NCBI RefSeq assembly: GCF_036321535.1
Contig: NC_087436.1
Coordinates: 106,146,001-106,210,000 of the forward strand
Length of the DNA: 64,000 nt
Reading direction: 5' to 3'
Source of the DNA: Camelus dromedarius
Taxonomy: Eukaryota
Shown: positions 25,074 through 38,523 of the stretch, piece by piece
How the letters are laid out: each line of letters opens with the position of its first letter
Position numbering within the stretch: position 1 is the stretch's first letter
Program-made: the position numbers and the translations under genes
The notes under the pieces: generated by a model
Told to the model about the DNA's origin: nothing
The model's database searches: none
What the model saw: only the letters and a program-made list of their open reading frames with translations

Positions 25074-25291
25074 TGTCTACAAAACAGAAACAGACTCACA
25101 GACATAGTAAAGAGTCTTACGGTTATCAGGGAAAGGAGGTGGGAAGGGATAAATATGGGAGTTCGAGATTTACAAATGTTAGCCACTCTACATAAAATAG
25201 ATTTTAAAAAGTTTCTTCTCTGTAGCACAGGGAACTATGTTCAATATCTTGTAATACCCTTTAATGAATAAAAATATGAAAATGAAAAAAA
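25074..25291 (+). mobile_element. Cetartiodactyl/camelid-type L1 3' UTR fragment
   Basis: ACAAAACAGAAACAGACTCACAGACATAG...GGGATAAATATGGGAGTTCGAGATT...TGTAGCACAGGGAACTATGTTCAATATCTTGTAATA; flanked by ATGTGCATT at 25065-25073 and 25292-25300. Confidence 0.88.
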
Positions 25292-25318
25292 ATGTGCATT
25301 CGATAAGTATCAGGTAGG

Positions 25319-25691
25319 TGCTCTGGATTTGAATGTTTGTGCTCTTCCAAAATACATATATTGAAATCCTAATCTCCAAAGTGACACAGTATTTGGAGGT
25401 GAGAACTTTGGGAGGTGATTAGGCTTAGACAAAGCCATGAAGGTTGAATCCCCATGATGGGGTTAGTGTCCTTAAAAAAAGAGGAAGAGACCAGAGCCCT
25501 CTGTCTCCACCATGTGAGGACATGGCAAGAAACTGCCATCTGCAAACCAGGATGAGGAGCCCCGCCAAGAACTGAGTCTGCCAGCACCTTGATCTTGGCC
25601 CTCCCAGCCTCCAGAATTGTGAGAACACTTCTGTTGTTTAAGCCACCCAGTCTGTGGCATTTTGTTATAGCAGTTGAGCTGATTTAAGACA
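25319..25691 (+). mobile_element. MaLR solo LTR (MLT1A/MLT1A0-like)
   Basis: TG...CA ends: TGCTCTGGATTTGAATGTTTGTG...GGGAGGTGATTAGG...GCCAGCACCTTGATCTTGG...AAGCCACCCAGTCTGTGGCATTTTGTTATAGCAG...TAAGACA; 5-bp TSD GTAGG/CTAGG with one mismatch. Confidence 0.93.
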
Positions 25692-26009
25692 CTAGGTGCA
25701 CAGTTTCTGCCCTCAGGCAACACATTTTGGGGGCGAGGAGGAGAGGTGATGTAGGGAAATGGCAGTTAGGTGGCAGTAGAAATGCCTTGTTGGTAGCAAC
25801 CAGAGGCAATAGGATTTCAGGGGGACAGTGCTCATAGCAGAACCTTGAGGAATGGTAGACTTTTGGAGGGGACCAAAGAACTGGGGACTTCCATGTGGAA
25901 AACTGTGAAAGTGGCAAAGTACAAGGCATGTTTGGAGGGGATATGTGAGAAGAGAGAAGAGGGGGGTGTGTGGGGAGGCAGTGGAAAATTGGATTGGGCA
26001 AATTGTGGC

Positions 26010-26160
26010 TAGCAGTGCAATGCATAAGTGAATGGACATTGGATTCAGACTGCCTTGATGTGAGTCCCAGCTTTGCCTCTTTCAACTGTATGACCTTGGG
26101 CATGTCCGGGGACCTATCTGAAGGTCAGAGGCCTCATCTATAAAGTGAGCATAATTGACA
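26010..26160 (+). mobile_element. MIR SINE
   Basis: GAGTCCCAGCTTTGCC...CTGTATGACCTTGGGCA...CCTCATCTATAAAGTG. Confidence 0.8.
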
Positions 26161-27086
26161 CCAGTTCTAATGCCCCAGATACTTAAAGGGTGGCTCCCGT
26201 TAGCATATCTCCTGTGTGCGGTACACAGGAGTTCTTGGAATTGAGGAGTTACTCTCCAACAACAATCTTTTAGCGTTAACTGGCAACAGAAAAGAAAGGA
26301 CCTCTGGGTTGGAAAATTTCAAAGGACTTGGGCTAATTAAGGTGGGTCAAGACTCCTAGTTTTCATGTGAAGCCTTTATAGGTTTTCTTCTGAACATCAT
26401 TTGATGAAAAGCTAAAGCAAGAAGTCTCACTCTTGCTCCCACGAGAAGAACAGAGGCTTTAAAGCCACCAAAATACTTGCTAAAGGAAGTTTGTAGAAGA
26501 ATAATACATTAATTGACATTTGTGTCGAGTGCCCTTTTATGTTCCGCCCATTTGTCCTTTCTGCATTGCAAATCCCACAGTGAGCTGGTCTCCATTGACC
26601 TTCGTACTCAATAGTTCGCAAGCACGCCATCCTGGGAGCGATTTTTAACCACAGAACACAGCCCGGTACATCTCTTCAGTTCGTGACTGAGGATGAAATA
26701 AGATTCTCTCATCTTGTTTGCACTGCTGATTTGTTAGCTCTTTATTGATTAAAGATCGAAATGCACAATTTGTTTTTCATCTTAAGTAAGGATATTCTGT
26801 ATCTGTCATACTGTCTATGAGTTATTGATTTACTATGATCTGTAAAAACTCTTTTGTCCCCAAAGTTGGGGACATTGCACCTCCCTGAAGGGTTTTGGAA
26901 GGATAGTCATCCATCCTATTCCAAATCAATGAATTTCAGCTTCTCCCATGGGTTTTGCTGTAAGTTAAGGAAAAATTAGATTTAGATTTAGATGAAAGTG
27001 GTCCAGGCTAGGAAGGCCCCTCTTAATTTCTATTATTTCACAACTGGTTTATTGCAGGAGGAGGATATAACTGTAGGGGTTATATA

Positions 27087-27110
27087 CACACACACACACA
27101 CACACACACA
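27087..27110. repeat. (CA)12 microsatellite
   Basis: Perfect run read directly. Confidence 0.95.
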
Positions 27111-29594
27111 TATAACTGCTAAACCAACCTTCCACGCTGCTCAGGATTTTTTCCTGTTTATGGAGACTGGTAGGCTTCATGGCATTTACAGTTTATTTGC
27201 AGGCACATTTTAAGAACACGTGCATCTATCAGACCATTAGAAGACAGCTTGTCTGAGCTCCTACAAGCTCCACAGCTCTTTCACATCAGGAAATGTGTGT
27301 AAATTGTAAAATATATGAAACCCAAGCCTTTAATGGCAACAAATTGATTCCCTAAATGAACAGAGCAAATTAGTAATAAAAATGGTAACCTGATCGGACT
27401 TTTTGCTTTAACCCCAGCCTGATTCTCCAGACCCAGGTTCTGTCTTTTCACTACCAACTGATTTTTTTTTATTAGAAGATTGTCATAAAAGATGCTAGAT
27501 ACTAAAATCTTTTTAAAACTTCTAAATCCAACAACTCATTAATACTGCTTACCTAGGTTTTTCCTTCTAGGAATATTGGCTTTAGGAGCAAATAATGAAT
27601 GATGGAACTATATGCAGGGGACACATCTTCATTATTCTTGATTTACCACACGAGGTAGTGCTAATAATAACTGTACTCATAGAGACAACACTTGATCAGA
27701 ACTAGTTTATCCTTTAATTCCATACAGGTGTGAGCATTTTCTTTGTATTTTGCCAATGTTACCTTTGTCGTTCACTTAAATGTGCTTCCCCATTTAAAGC
27801 TAAGTGCAATAATCATTGTCATGGGCATGGTGAATGGAGAGACCCGTATTTGAGCACAGAGTGATCTGAATGCAGCCTTCAATGCTACTGAGCACGTTAG
27901 AGTTTTGACTGATGAATCCAGTGCATGTTTACACTGCGTTTAGAGCGGCATTTAGTCTTGTGTCATTAATGGGGTTGTCTCAGCTCCTGTTTGTGAATGT
28001 CCTTACTTACGGAGAGGAAGTATTTTTCATCTGCCTTGACAAACACGTATCATGTCCATGTCTACATGACAGCAGCATTTTTAAGTGTGTGTTTTTTTTT
28101 TCGGTGTTGTACGTATACCTTTAGCTTTGATATGATGAGCAATCCATCCTTTCCCCACACTTGGCCTGCTTGAACGTGGGATTCGCTACAGACACAGGCA
28201 CCAGCTCTGACCCTGAACCCACACAGCTCTCAGCCCTGTTGTTGCTCTGTTTAGCTCTCCACGCTGTGTGCTGCCGTTTATGCTGATGTGCTAGTTCCTT
28301 TTCACCCAGCTCGGGGTTGGGACTGGGTTTCCCTCCTCTTCATATTCCCAGAACCCAACAAAGCCTACAGTGGGCACTCAACACTTAGAGGGAGGGATTT
28401 CAGGGGCGCCACATGGAGATCATGCCTGAGTTTGTAAGGGGTGGTGCTCATTCTAGTAGGGCTCAAAGAAGACTTGAAAGGGAGGTAGGATTATAGCCGG
28501 GCCCTGAAGGGGGCGTGGAAAACAGAATTTATGAGGATAGCCCTGAGAACACAGGTAAAGGAATAAGGTGTCCAACATAAATGCCGATGCCTTTGAGACC
28601 CGAAGCAGCTGTTCCAGCCAAGAGTGTATTTGATCTCGGGGTAGGAAAAGCCACGTGGGCTGGTTGAAGTAAAGAGGGTGTCTATGGTAGGGTAGAGGGC
28701 ACGCTCACAGACACAGGAAATGAAAACTGCTCAGTTCTCCGGTGGACTGGAGTTAGGCATCTGGTAGGAGTGGACAGCATCTCTTGCCATGTCTACAAGG
28801 GTGGGACCTGGCTTTTCAAGTTTCTTTCCTACAGAAGCCACACACAGTATCTCCTTCCTGCTTCTCTTTGTCTCCACTGTATTTTGATTGATTTCCTTCT
28901 GCTTGTTTATGAGCCAATATGGCTGTATGCTAAGACCTCACCATTCTATTGCCCATGACCAATGGATGATGATCTCTGTGGCTCTTAGGTAAACTCTCAG
29001 GGGAATCTGAGCTCATCAGCCACTGGTCAGTCAGTGGGTTGGCTGTCTGGGACCTTGTGGCCATTGTTTTATTCAGCTGGCCAAGATTGAATAAGGGGGC
29101 AGGCAGACTTTACAGGGTGTTTGAATGATTCAGGTTCTTTAGAAGGGGCTGCAGGCAGGACTGGCAATAAAATATGCCCCATGCAAGGAAAAGCACAGAG
29201 AGGAATCCTGTCCAATGTTTAAAGGCTTTGACATGCTCCCTGTGGCCGGGGGCTGGTACAGGTGCCAGGCGTTGTCTGCTCTGATGCAGGAGACTGGGAA
29301 AGTGCTCCTTTCTCATGGGGCATGTTACCACTGAGTCCTTCTTGGAGCTCCTGCCCTTCCGAACAGAGTATGAGCCCAAAGACACGTGCAATGTCTGTCT
29401 CTACACCAGAGCTCTTTCTCCTTCATCCTGCCCTCTTTTTCTTTATTTCTTTTGCCCTGGGTTAGGTTGGGGCTGACAGGGGTATAAGGAGGAGTGACAG
29501 TTGTGTCAACGTAGGACAGGAAATTAAAACCCAGGACTGTCACTCTCCAAAGTAGAGGATCTGCTTGCCTAAATCAAGGTTTCCGGAAAGCAGA

Positions 29595-29860
29595 ACATTC
29601 ATTCAATGTGCAACAGGTGTTTACAGACTGATTTCTCTGTGGCAAGTGTGTTCCAGACTTGGGGGCTGTGGTGATGAAAGTGACAGGTATGTCCCCGACC
29701 TCATGGAACTTACAGTCTCGTGGGAGGAGACAGGTTATAAAAAATAAAAAGGGTGAGATAATATTGGACTGTAAGTGCTGTAGAAAACAGCAGGGAAATG
29801 GGCTGGGAGCGCATCCTCACATAAGACGGTTGGGGAGGACCTCTCTGAGGTGGGGACACT
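29595..29860 (-). mobile_element. L2 3' region
   Basis: CATTCATTCAA tail, CCCCGACCTCATGGAACTTACAGTCT, GGACCTCTCTGAGG. Confidence 0.8.
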
Positions 29861-31435
29861 GTCAGAAGGTGCCAACGTCAGTTGCATGAGAATGCCCCAG
29901 TGCCCCAATCCAACTAGCCCCATTCTGAGCTGCTGTTAAGGTCCAGCGTTGGCCTTTGTATTGATTACCTTTCAGACCTCGTTAAGCCAGCACGCAGCTT
30001 GTCTGCTAATAACGTGGTTCATCTTTGGGGAAAATGCTGATGTGACTGGAATCTTTAATATGTGTCTCCTTTTAGGATCTAATGATGCTGTGCTTCCCTA
30101 GACAGGGTGTTAAGGCGCCTGTGGTCCCAAGCGTAGGGATATTTGAGGATACGTGAAACTTCCGGCTCACGGTGACAGAGGGGAAACACTCATGCAGGGT
30201 TTTGAGGTCCTGTGTAGAAGCTTTGATTTCAGTTTGATTGAATCCTTTCCCATTAGGACTTAGAAATGTACATTCTCAGTAACATGCACATCCTTCAGGA
30301 TACCTGCACATGAGGACAACTTTGCCAGCCCAGATTCCACATCGCTGACGCTGAGTGATGAACCGAGGCATCTTCTGTTTGCACCTTGTTATACCTAAGC
30401 ATTGCTTTTGCTGCAGTTTTTTGATTTAATGTCCATCACACTAGTGTTTTAACAGACTAATAGTCAGATAGGTCCTCTTTTGAAGCAAATTTCTTTGGTC
30501 AACATTCAGAAAATCTGACATGATGTATTCCATCTTGGAGATTCGGAGGACGCATTAACATTTTACACCATGTTAGAGATTTGGAGGTAAAACAAGTCTG
30601 TTTAGCTCTCTTTGAACATCCCCAAACTTGTTTGGCCAGTGGGCTGGCTTTCTAGGCAGAATACCAAACAGTTGTCCTAGGTGTACATCTGCAAGTACTC
30701 ACTGGTCCTGTGTCTCCCAGCGCTGAAATGTCAGTTTGGGGAAGGCCCCATGACCTCATGGAAGTTTCAGGCACATTATCCCTCACTTACAGGCACTAGT
30801 GACTCCGATAATGTAGTGAAGTTTAGCATAAATAAGCTCATCATTAAAGTTGATGGCAGAGGTATTAACAAGGCCCACACTGTGGAATTTGCTGTTTGTT
30901 CGTTATGCATCTGGAATTACCCTCCTGTCTCTGCCTGTCTCACACGGGTGTTTATAAACCTAAGCAGAATGTGGTATTATCTTGTTTTTCTGTGAGTGAG
31001 TTGATATGTTTTTTTTTTAACATCTCCTCTCCTACACAGGGGATGACCAAGACCAGGAAGGGCAGTTTTTGGCTTTTCCAAGGGGTGTCTGCCATTCTGG
31101 GCATAAGGCTTTTCAGAGTACCTTGATTTCACAGAAAAATACAGCAGGAGATTCAGGGAAGTGAAGGGTCCGATGGTGTGGCCTTGGCAAGACACTTAGA
31201 CCTGCTGAATCCTTGTGCCATTGTCTGTAGGTAGCGATGGTAAGAGCAGCGTGATCTCCCAGGGAGGGTGGCACGAGGCACCCTGCTTTCGCAAGTGCAG
31301 GATGGGTTTGGCTGGTTGTGGCTGCCGGTAATGGCTGAGGGACTCGGGCAAGGTATTTCATCTCTTTCCTCTAAACGTGGGGATGATGGTGGGGAATGGG
31401 AATATTAAATGTGTAAATGCTTCCAGAGTGCTTGG

Positions 31436-31955
31436 CATATACAAGTATATCTATATCTCCCACAAACTCTAACTATATAATATATACATGTATTTATATA
31501 ATGATACATTTTTATAAGTATATTATTTATAATACATTATAAATAATTTATAATTTTATATAATTTATAACATTATAGTTTATATTGTATAACATATACA
31601 TTGTATATATGTGTATAATATATACATTGCATAATATATATTGTTTAATATGTATCAATTGTATAATTTATATTATATGTATATAATATATATTGTGTAT
31701 ATATAATATATACACTGTATACTATATAGTATAATATATATACATTGTATAATTTTTATAATAATTTATAATGTATTATATTATAAAATATAAATGTATA
31801 AATATAATAATATATAAATATATTTATATAATATATTATTAGGCACTAATGTAATTGTTTATATTATGATATATAATATTGTATGATTAATATATACATA
31901 TCTAAATATGTATTGGTACAATATAATATATAAATATATGTATGAAATACATACA
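31436..31955. repeat. About 520-bp degenerate (TA)-rich low-complexity tract
   Basis: Nearly all A/T, with recurring ATATACATTGTATA and TATAATTTATA units. Confidence 0.95.
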
Positions 31956-32526
31956 TTCAATAAACACTAGTTTTTACATAAAGCAGATGCACTTGGATGG
32001 GTGGGAAAGTGGGCATCATGCCAAGATATTAATTATTCTTGGCTGGCAAGGATCCAGAGACCAAAAGTAAAAAAACACCCTGAAACCTGTTTACTGGCCT
32101 CGCAGCACTTGAGCATGAAAGCACGCGTGCCCCTGGCTGAGATACAAAATAACACTTCGGTTATTTTGCCAAATGTCAACATCAGAGGAGGGCTAACATT
32201 TATTCCAACAGTGCATCTATTTTGTAGGGAGGCTGATTCTGTGCTTCTAATGACTGGATGAGGTGACGATGAAGGTTCAAGGGAGGACAGATAAACAGGC
32301 AGAAGGTGGAGGGAGAGGAGACAGACCAGAGGGGCAACGGGAGGACGAGTGGCACCCTTTCCCAGGAGCTCTCGTTCTGCCTTGGTCTCACCGTCTGCCT
32401 GGAGCTCAGGTTTCCCCCCTATGCATTTCTCTAAAGCAAGGAGCAGGCTTCCCTGGTTCTACACCTAAGGCCAGCAACAGTATGGAGAGGGTTCTTGAGT
32501 GGCTGCAAGAAGCTTGCAGATTTCTA

Positions 32527-32727
32527 CAGCCAGCCCTTCCTATCCCCGGGTTCCACGTGCAGAGATTCAAGAAACCGAGGATGAAATTCTGCGAATGTGG
32601 AATCCGCGAATACGGAGGCCTGGCTGAACTACACTTTTTCATATGTGACTTGACCAACTGGATTTTAGTATCTGCGGTGTGTGTGTGTTCCTAGAACCAA
32701 TATCCTGAGGACACCCAGGGACGACTG
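32527..32727 (+). mobile_element. TcMar-Tigger MITE (MER2-like)
   Basis: TA|CAGCCAGCCCTTCCTATCCCCGGGTTCCAC...GATTCAA...GACTTGACCAACTGGATTTTAGTATCTGCGG...CCTAGAACCAATATCC...AGGGACGACTG; inverted termini. Confidence 0.85.
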
Positions 32728-33419
32728 TTTATGGAAATTGCAAGGCTCCAGTTCACTCCCACTTTCTTTTAAAAGTCACCCCGGGAATTAATTCCCCTGG
32801 GAAGTTATCCTTAAAGTTACCAAACAGATGTTTCCCTATTTCTTAATCACAGACCTGCATATACCTACACAAGAGTGTTTCTTGGGCCATACACACCTTT
32901 CTGAAGTTAACATCATAAATTGTATACACTGGCACTCATGAGGGCTTTGAATATTTGTGACTTTAAGGTGATAAAAACAGTTAACATCTGTCCACCCTGT
33001 TTGCTACATGTTAATCATCACATGACTAATTGTGCAGGCACTTACTCCGGACATTCTGTAAGCTGTAATTGTTTGCAGTCTGTCTCATTAAACAGGCTGC
33101 AGGTTCTTCGGGAAAACGTTCTTCCATGTCTATCTATATATTTACCTCTTAGTACTGGGTCAGCACAGAACGTGTGGTCAGTGGGCTCTTGCTGACTGTG
33201 AATATGAATGTGTAATAAGAGAAAAGCACATACACTCTTTGTTCAGGGAAGAGCGTGCTAAAGAAAACCAGTTTACCTGCTATTTTTGCTTGAAGCTTGC
33301 AGCAAACTTGGGGCAAGACTGCCAGGTTCCTGAAATTCATTGCTGGCTCTTCCCCAGTTTGCTGCAGTGCCAAGTGGGAGTTCTGAAATCCTGGTTTTGC
33401 TTCTGATTTGACTTATGCC

Positions 33420-33525
33420 TTCCTGAGAGCAGGGGCCAGTGTCTGTGTTATTTACAACCTTATTCCTAGCACAGTTGCTTGCATATAATAGATGTTCAAT
33501 AAATGCTTGTTGAATAAATGAGTGA
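33420..33525 (+). mobile_element. L2 3' tail
   Basis: CCTGAGAGCAGGG...CCTAGCACAG...GTTCAATAAATGCTTGTTGAATAAATGA. Confidence 0.85.
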
Positions 33526-33714
33526 TCAAAATATATAACCATACAAGACTATATGTATACACACATACGTATACATTGTACAGTACACATATATAAGCAT
33601 TATACTAATATATATTATAATATACATATATTTTATAAATATGTATATAAACTATTCATGTTCACACCATCTCATGCTATTCTAATTTGCATTTGCTCAT
33701 TTGCTGTACCTTTA

Positions 33715-34130
33715 CTATAGCTTTAGTTCCTCAAACAGGCCTCTTTCCTGCCTCAGGGCCTTTGCATATCCCATCTCATCTGTCTAGGATGCTCTTATTT
33801 TAAATATCTACATGACCAATACCCTCACCTCCTTTAGGTCTTGTTCAACCACCACCTCCTCTGTGAGATCTCCCCTGACCACACCACCCCCTTTTAAATT
33901 CTAACCCCAACACTCTTCTTTATCTTTTCCCTGCTTTGTTTTTCTCTGTAGTATTTATCACTGATCATATAAATTTTATTTATTAGTGCTCCATTTTCAC
34001 CTTTCTTAAAATGTAAGCTCCATGAGAGCAGGAAATTTTGTGTTTTCTTTTTTTGCTGCATCCCCAGTACCTACAACAGTGCCTGGAATACTTCATTGAG
34101 GTTGGTCTCAGTAAACCTGTGCTTAAGGAA
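33715..34130 (+). mobile_element. L2 (L2a-like) 3' region
   Basis: CCTGCCTCAGGGCCTTTGCA...CCCTGACCAC...AATGTAAGCTCCATGAGAGCAGG...CCCCAGTACCTACAACAGTGCCTGG. Confidence 0.9.
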
Positions 34131-37100
34131 TTACTCCTCAACACCATTATTTTTGGTGGTTGGACTGTGTGGGCCATGATGATTTAATTTTTGAGTGAAT
34201 GTAATACTACGTGCCTACTCTCTTATAATAGAATAATATTATGAGAGTTAAATAGTTCTTTGAGCTCCTCAGGAAAAAGTCATAAATTAGTTTTATGGGT
34301 GATCATTTTTAGCGTAATGCCACGGTTTGGTAGCAGATTTTGTGCCCAGATTAGAAGTGGGGCTCTCTTCCTGGTAACTGTTCTAGAACCTATCGACTGG
34401 CAGAGTCTTTATTTTCACTGAAGGAAACTGAGTGTTTCTTTCTTTGGTTCAGATGGTCACATCTTTAGATCCTGAAGCAAGAGCTACAGCCCATTCTCTC
34501 AGGAGTCCAAATACAGCAACAGATTTTGCCTCTAAGCAAGCAAGTGATGCCGTAAAACAAGCAACTTTCCTTACTAGCTCATCTCTCATTTGAATTTTTG
34601 ATGCCTCAGTGGTCAGTTGATAGCTGGTTGTAAGAAAGCCTCTGCAGTGGAAGGGAGGCAGCATACACATTTCCCCAGGGCCTCCTACTTTGGCCTAATA
34701 AAGTAATTCCTTGGAATCTGTATTCTCTGCCTCTATCCTCTTTTCTTGGAGTCCCTGCTGGCTCCTCTGAGAAATGCATAATTTGACATAGCTGGTTAGC
34801 AGAACTGAGAACTGGGGTCAAACTATACAAGCCCTGCAATACTTCAGCACAGGGACAACCCCGAAGGTGGTGGAGGGACTTCACAGCTGCCTGTGACAGC
34901 TGTGTGGATGCTTACAGCAATGCACTGCCCGAGGGGTGGGCAAGCTCAGGACAGGCAGGGGACTGACTGCATGGACTCTGAGGCCGGTTGGCTGCCGTCT
35001 TGCTTTTTGTGCCTCTTCAATGCGCCCGCCATTTTGTGAACCGTAAAAGGCGTTTTGTCTAAGTTGTGTTGAAATTCTTCTGGAGTGAGGGATTTTGCCC
35101 GCTCCCCATTTCACCACCCCTCTCCCTAACTCACTGCTTTAAGGACCCTAGCTCAGCACCTGCTGGTACCTCTATTGGCTGTTTGAAGCCTGTGTTTGGT
35201 GACTAGCCTCCCCTAGACTTCTCCCAACTCCTGTTAGTTCTTTTGTCATCTGAAGAATCATTCGCTATGGTTCAGAGGAAAAGAAAAACAGATAAATCTG
35301 CATTGCCGAGAACACCCTCCATCATTTTTGGATGGGACCGTCTTTGCTTTCTTTTGAGGGCCGATCTGGGTGGGATGGGGACAATGTCCCCTGCTTGTCT
35401 GAAAAAGATGGTGTCACTTGGTGGATTTTGAAGATAAGTATGTTCATCAGGAATTGTGTGGTTTGAAAGAACCCTCCTAAGTCACGCCTCGCAGGTATGT
35501 GAGCACAAAGAAAGAGGCTCGCCTCTCTTTGTCTCCCTTTTTGTCAGCCGAGTCCTATTTTTAGGTCATTGGCATATAATTTTGCTTCCCTTGCAACCAA
35601 GTCCTGGCATTCCTTTTAGGAATTTCTAGAGCCAGTCACGGTATGTGACTGAGTCAAAGGCAGGGGGTATTATCTCAGTCCTCCCCTGGCGACACATACA
35701 TTTGAGTTGCGTGCTATTTTCAGAAAGTTTCCAGTGTCGCATTGTCCAGCGATCAGGCCGCAAAATCACAGATCCTTGGCATTGTTGTGAACAAAAGAAA
35801 TTCCTTGCTCCTGTCTCCAGGCAATGTGATTACAGGGCCTGTGATCAGATAGGTGACCCAAGATGGATGCCTTCCTGAATGTGACTCAGGTTTATCTGTA
35901 CCTGTCCCCACCTTTATCTCTGAGCGCGTCCTTTGCATTTGAAGATGACATGCCTGTTAGATTTATTTCCAGTCCTGTCCTCCACCAAGCCTGGTGTTTA
36001 CCCTTGGTGCTGTGCTGAGGGGGGATTGTTCTCTCACTCATGCCTTTCTGGTCTAATGTCTCACGCAGCCAGCCGGCAGGCAGGCGTCTTGGGCAGTTCT
36101 TGGCTCCTGGCTCAGTGATGCTCTCCTCGTGACCTCTGGAACGATGGGGTGGAAGATCGGTCCACCTCTGCTTGGTACCTAGAGACACCCCAGATCTTCT
36201 CCATTCTCCACTGGGAAGGAGCCAGCCTGTTTTTGTTTGTTTATTTTTTGGAGAGGCTGTCAGTTGGGCTTTCAGATGCACTTGTTTCAGAGATGCTGCC
36301 TCTTTCAGGTTTAATCCTGTGGATAATTGCACTGTAATGGACCAGAGTTTTACACACCTCCTTTTTGGCGCATTTCATTTCCAACATTTACGCTTACAAA
36401 TGAATACTTCCCTTGTGAGTTATTGAGTGTGCAGTTTGCCTGATGCTTTTGCTCAAATGCTTATTAATACGTGGGAAAGAATGATGGGTACCCTCGTGTG
36501 GGGCACACACAGGAGCTTTTTATGCACCATCAAGAATCTTCAGGCATCCTCAGGGCTGTGAGCTAGTGAAACAAGTTGGGACAACAGCAAACAATGATCT
36601 TCATGTTGGGATTGTGTTTATTTCTCACTAAACAGGATCATTTGCATGATAGTGCATTAACTAATAGCAGAAGTCTGTTTTTCTCTTCACTTATACTGGT
36701 AAAAAAAGAAAGCAATGTTTACTCAAGCAATCTGTATTTCACACTTAGTGTCATTAATGTCAGTTGATTTTTAAAAAAAAAAAAAACCATCTAGCAAAAA
36801 TTCACTAGTAAACATATGTAATTACAGGTTTCTGGTGGTGGAGAAAACCAATTTAGTAACTTGGTTCTTTTGAAATAGCTTAACCCACTTTGCATTTACC
36901 ATTGATTCAAACGAAGAAAAACTGTCCGGGAGAACTCCATGGAGTTTACAAGGAGATATTGCTAATGGAAACATGCCTCCCTTGGTAGATCACAATATAG
37001 GGCCCAAAACACAGGAGTTAAAAGAGGTGCTGGATAGAGGCCACGGAGTGTCTTGTAGGCTAAAGGAGCAAGTCTCAAAATCAATACTCTTGCTTAATAG

Positions 37101-38289
37101 ACAGTCCCTGCTGTGTTTCCAGGCAGGGCAAATTGTACTCACATGCACACACTAGGATCCATGCATTCACACTGATTTCTCCTAATGTTTCCAGCTGAAT
37201 TGAGTCAACAGACTAAAGGGGGACCTGACCATTTTAATGGTCAAAGGCCTTTGCTGCTCTGAGAAGAGAGACAGTTCTACTCTTTTGCTTCTTAACAAGA
37301 ACAAACAGGAACTGAATCCTGCTAGGCCTGGTAAGACTTCAGTGATTTGCAAAAAAGAATGCATTTCATGTGACCGGGTTGGTTATTCCCAGGCACACAC
37401 TTTGGGATTTCACCAGGAACAACCAGAGGCCCCAAAACAAACAGCCCTGAAGGGTTTGTGAACAGGAAGCGTTTCTTCCCTTGTTGACCTTAACTTATAT
37501 GTTGAGTAAACAAGTCCTAGTCCTGTATACCCTGGTGTATCTAAGGCAGCTTCTAATTTCACTGCAACTGGACTGCATCCAGTTGTCCCTTTGGTTCTGG
37601 TTCTTAAAACTGCCAAGAATTGGAGGTGGAGGGAAACCTGACTTAACTAGAGAAACCAAAGAGGAACAGGCTGTGGGTGGATACGCACGTTTCTCAGGTG
37701 CTGGGTGAGTTACCTGACCCTCAGCGGGGATTAAGAGGGGCGCACATGACTAGGTGGCCCTGTCTGGCTGCAGTTTAACTGCAAACCTGGCAGGGTGTTT
37801 GTTGTTCTAACTTTTAAATGTCTCATAGCTGGTTTAATCTGGTGAGCACACAGACCATGGGTGTGGGGAGTCATATACTCAGAGTCCTGGGTTCCGCAGC
37901 AACCTTGGCCTTCTGGGGCCCTGGTTTTCTCTTTGGCATGAAGCTCTTCAGATGTGTGCATGACAGTCTGGAACGGTTTTCACAGTCACGTGAGATGGCT
38001 TTTTTAGGGGGCGGTAGTTAAGAACTGGGTTGGTTTCATCCTAGGCTTGTCAGGTGATTTTGTCTGCGTAGGAGGGGGGAAAATGGGTCAGGCGTTGCCT
38101 TGATTGTTTGCACAGCACTTTGGAGAAGGGCTTTTTGAAAAAGCTGTTTGCTTGCACACAGTCATCTCCCGCTGACCCTTGTTTGTGGCTTAGGGATATT
38201 GAAGCTACATTGAGGTATGAATCTGCCCTCGGCTAGAAGCCAGGAGTGTCATCTAGGGCTTTTGTTTGATGTGCTTCCGTTTCTTGCGA

Positions 38290-38500
38290 GAGGCAGTATG
38301 GTCCAGTAGACCAGGCATGGACGGCGAGTCTGAGCCTCTGAATTTTGGAAGCTGACTTCCTCCTTTCTCACTTACTAAATCACATTAAGGCAACTCATCT
38401 TGATTGATCTGTTTCTACTTACCCATCTGTGTAATGGGGTTGGGGAGACTGGGATGGGAACTAGCATTCTCTGAAGGCCTGTGCCATGCTGAGCGTCTAC
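38290..38500 (+). mobile_element. MIR (MIR3/MIRc-like), degraded
   Basis: GAGGCAGTATGG head; CCCATCTGTGTAATGGGG core end. Confidence 0.6.
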
Positions 38501-38523
38501 GTATCTGACTGCGCTGAGCAGCC

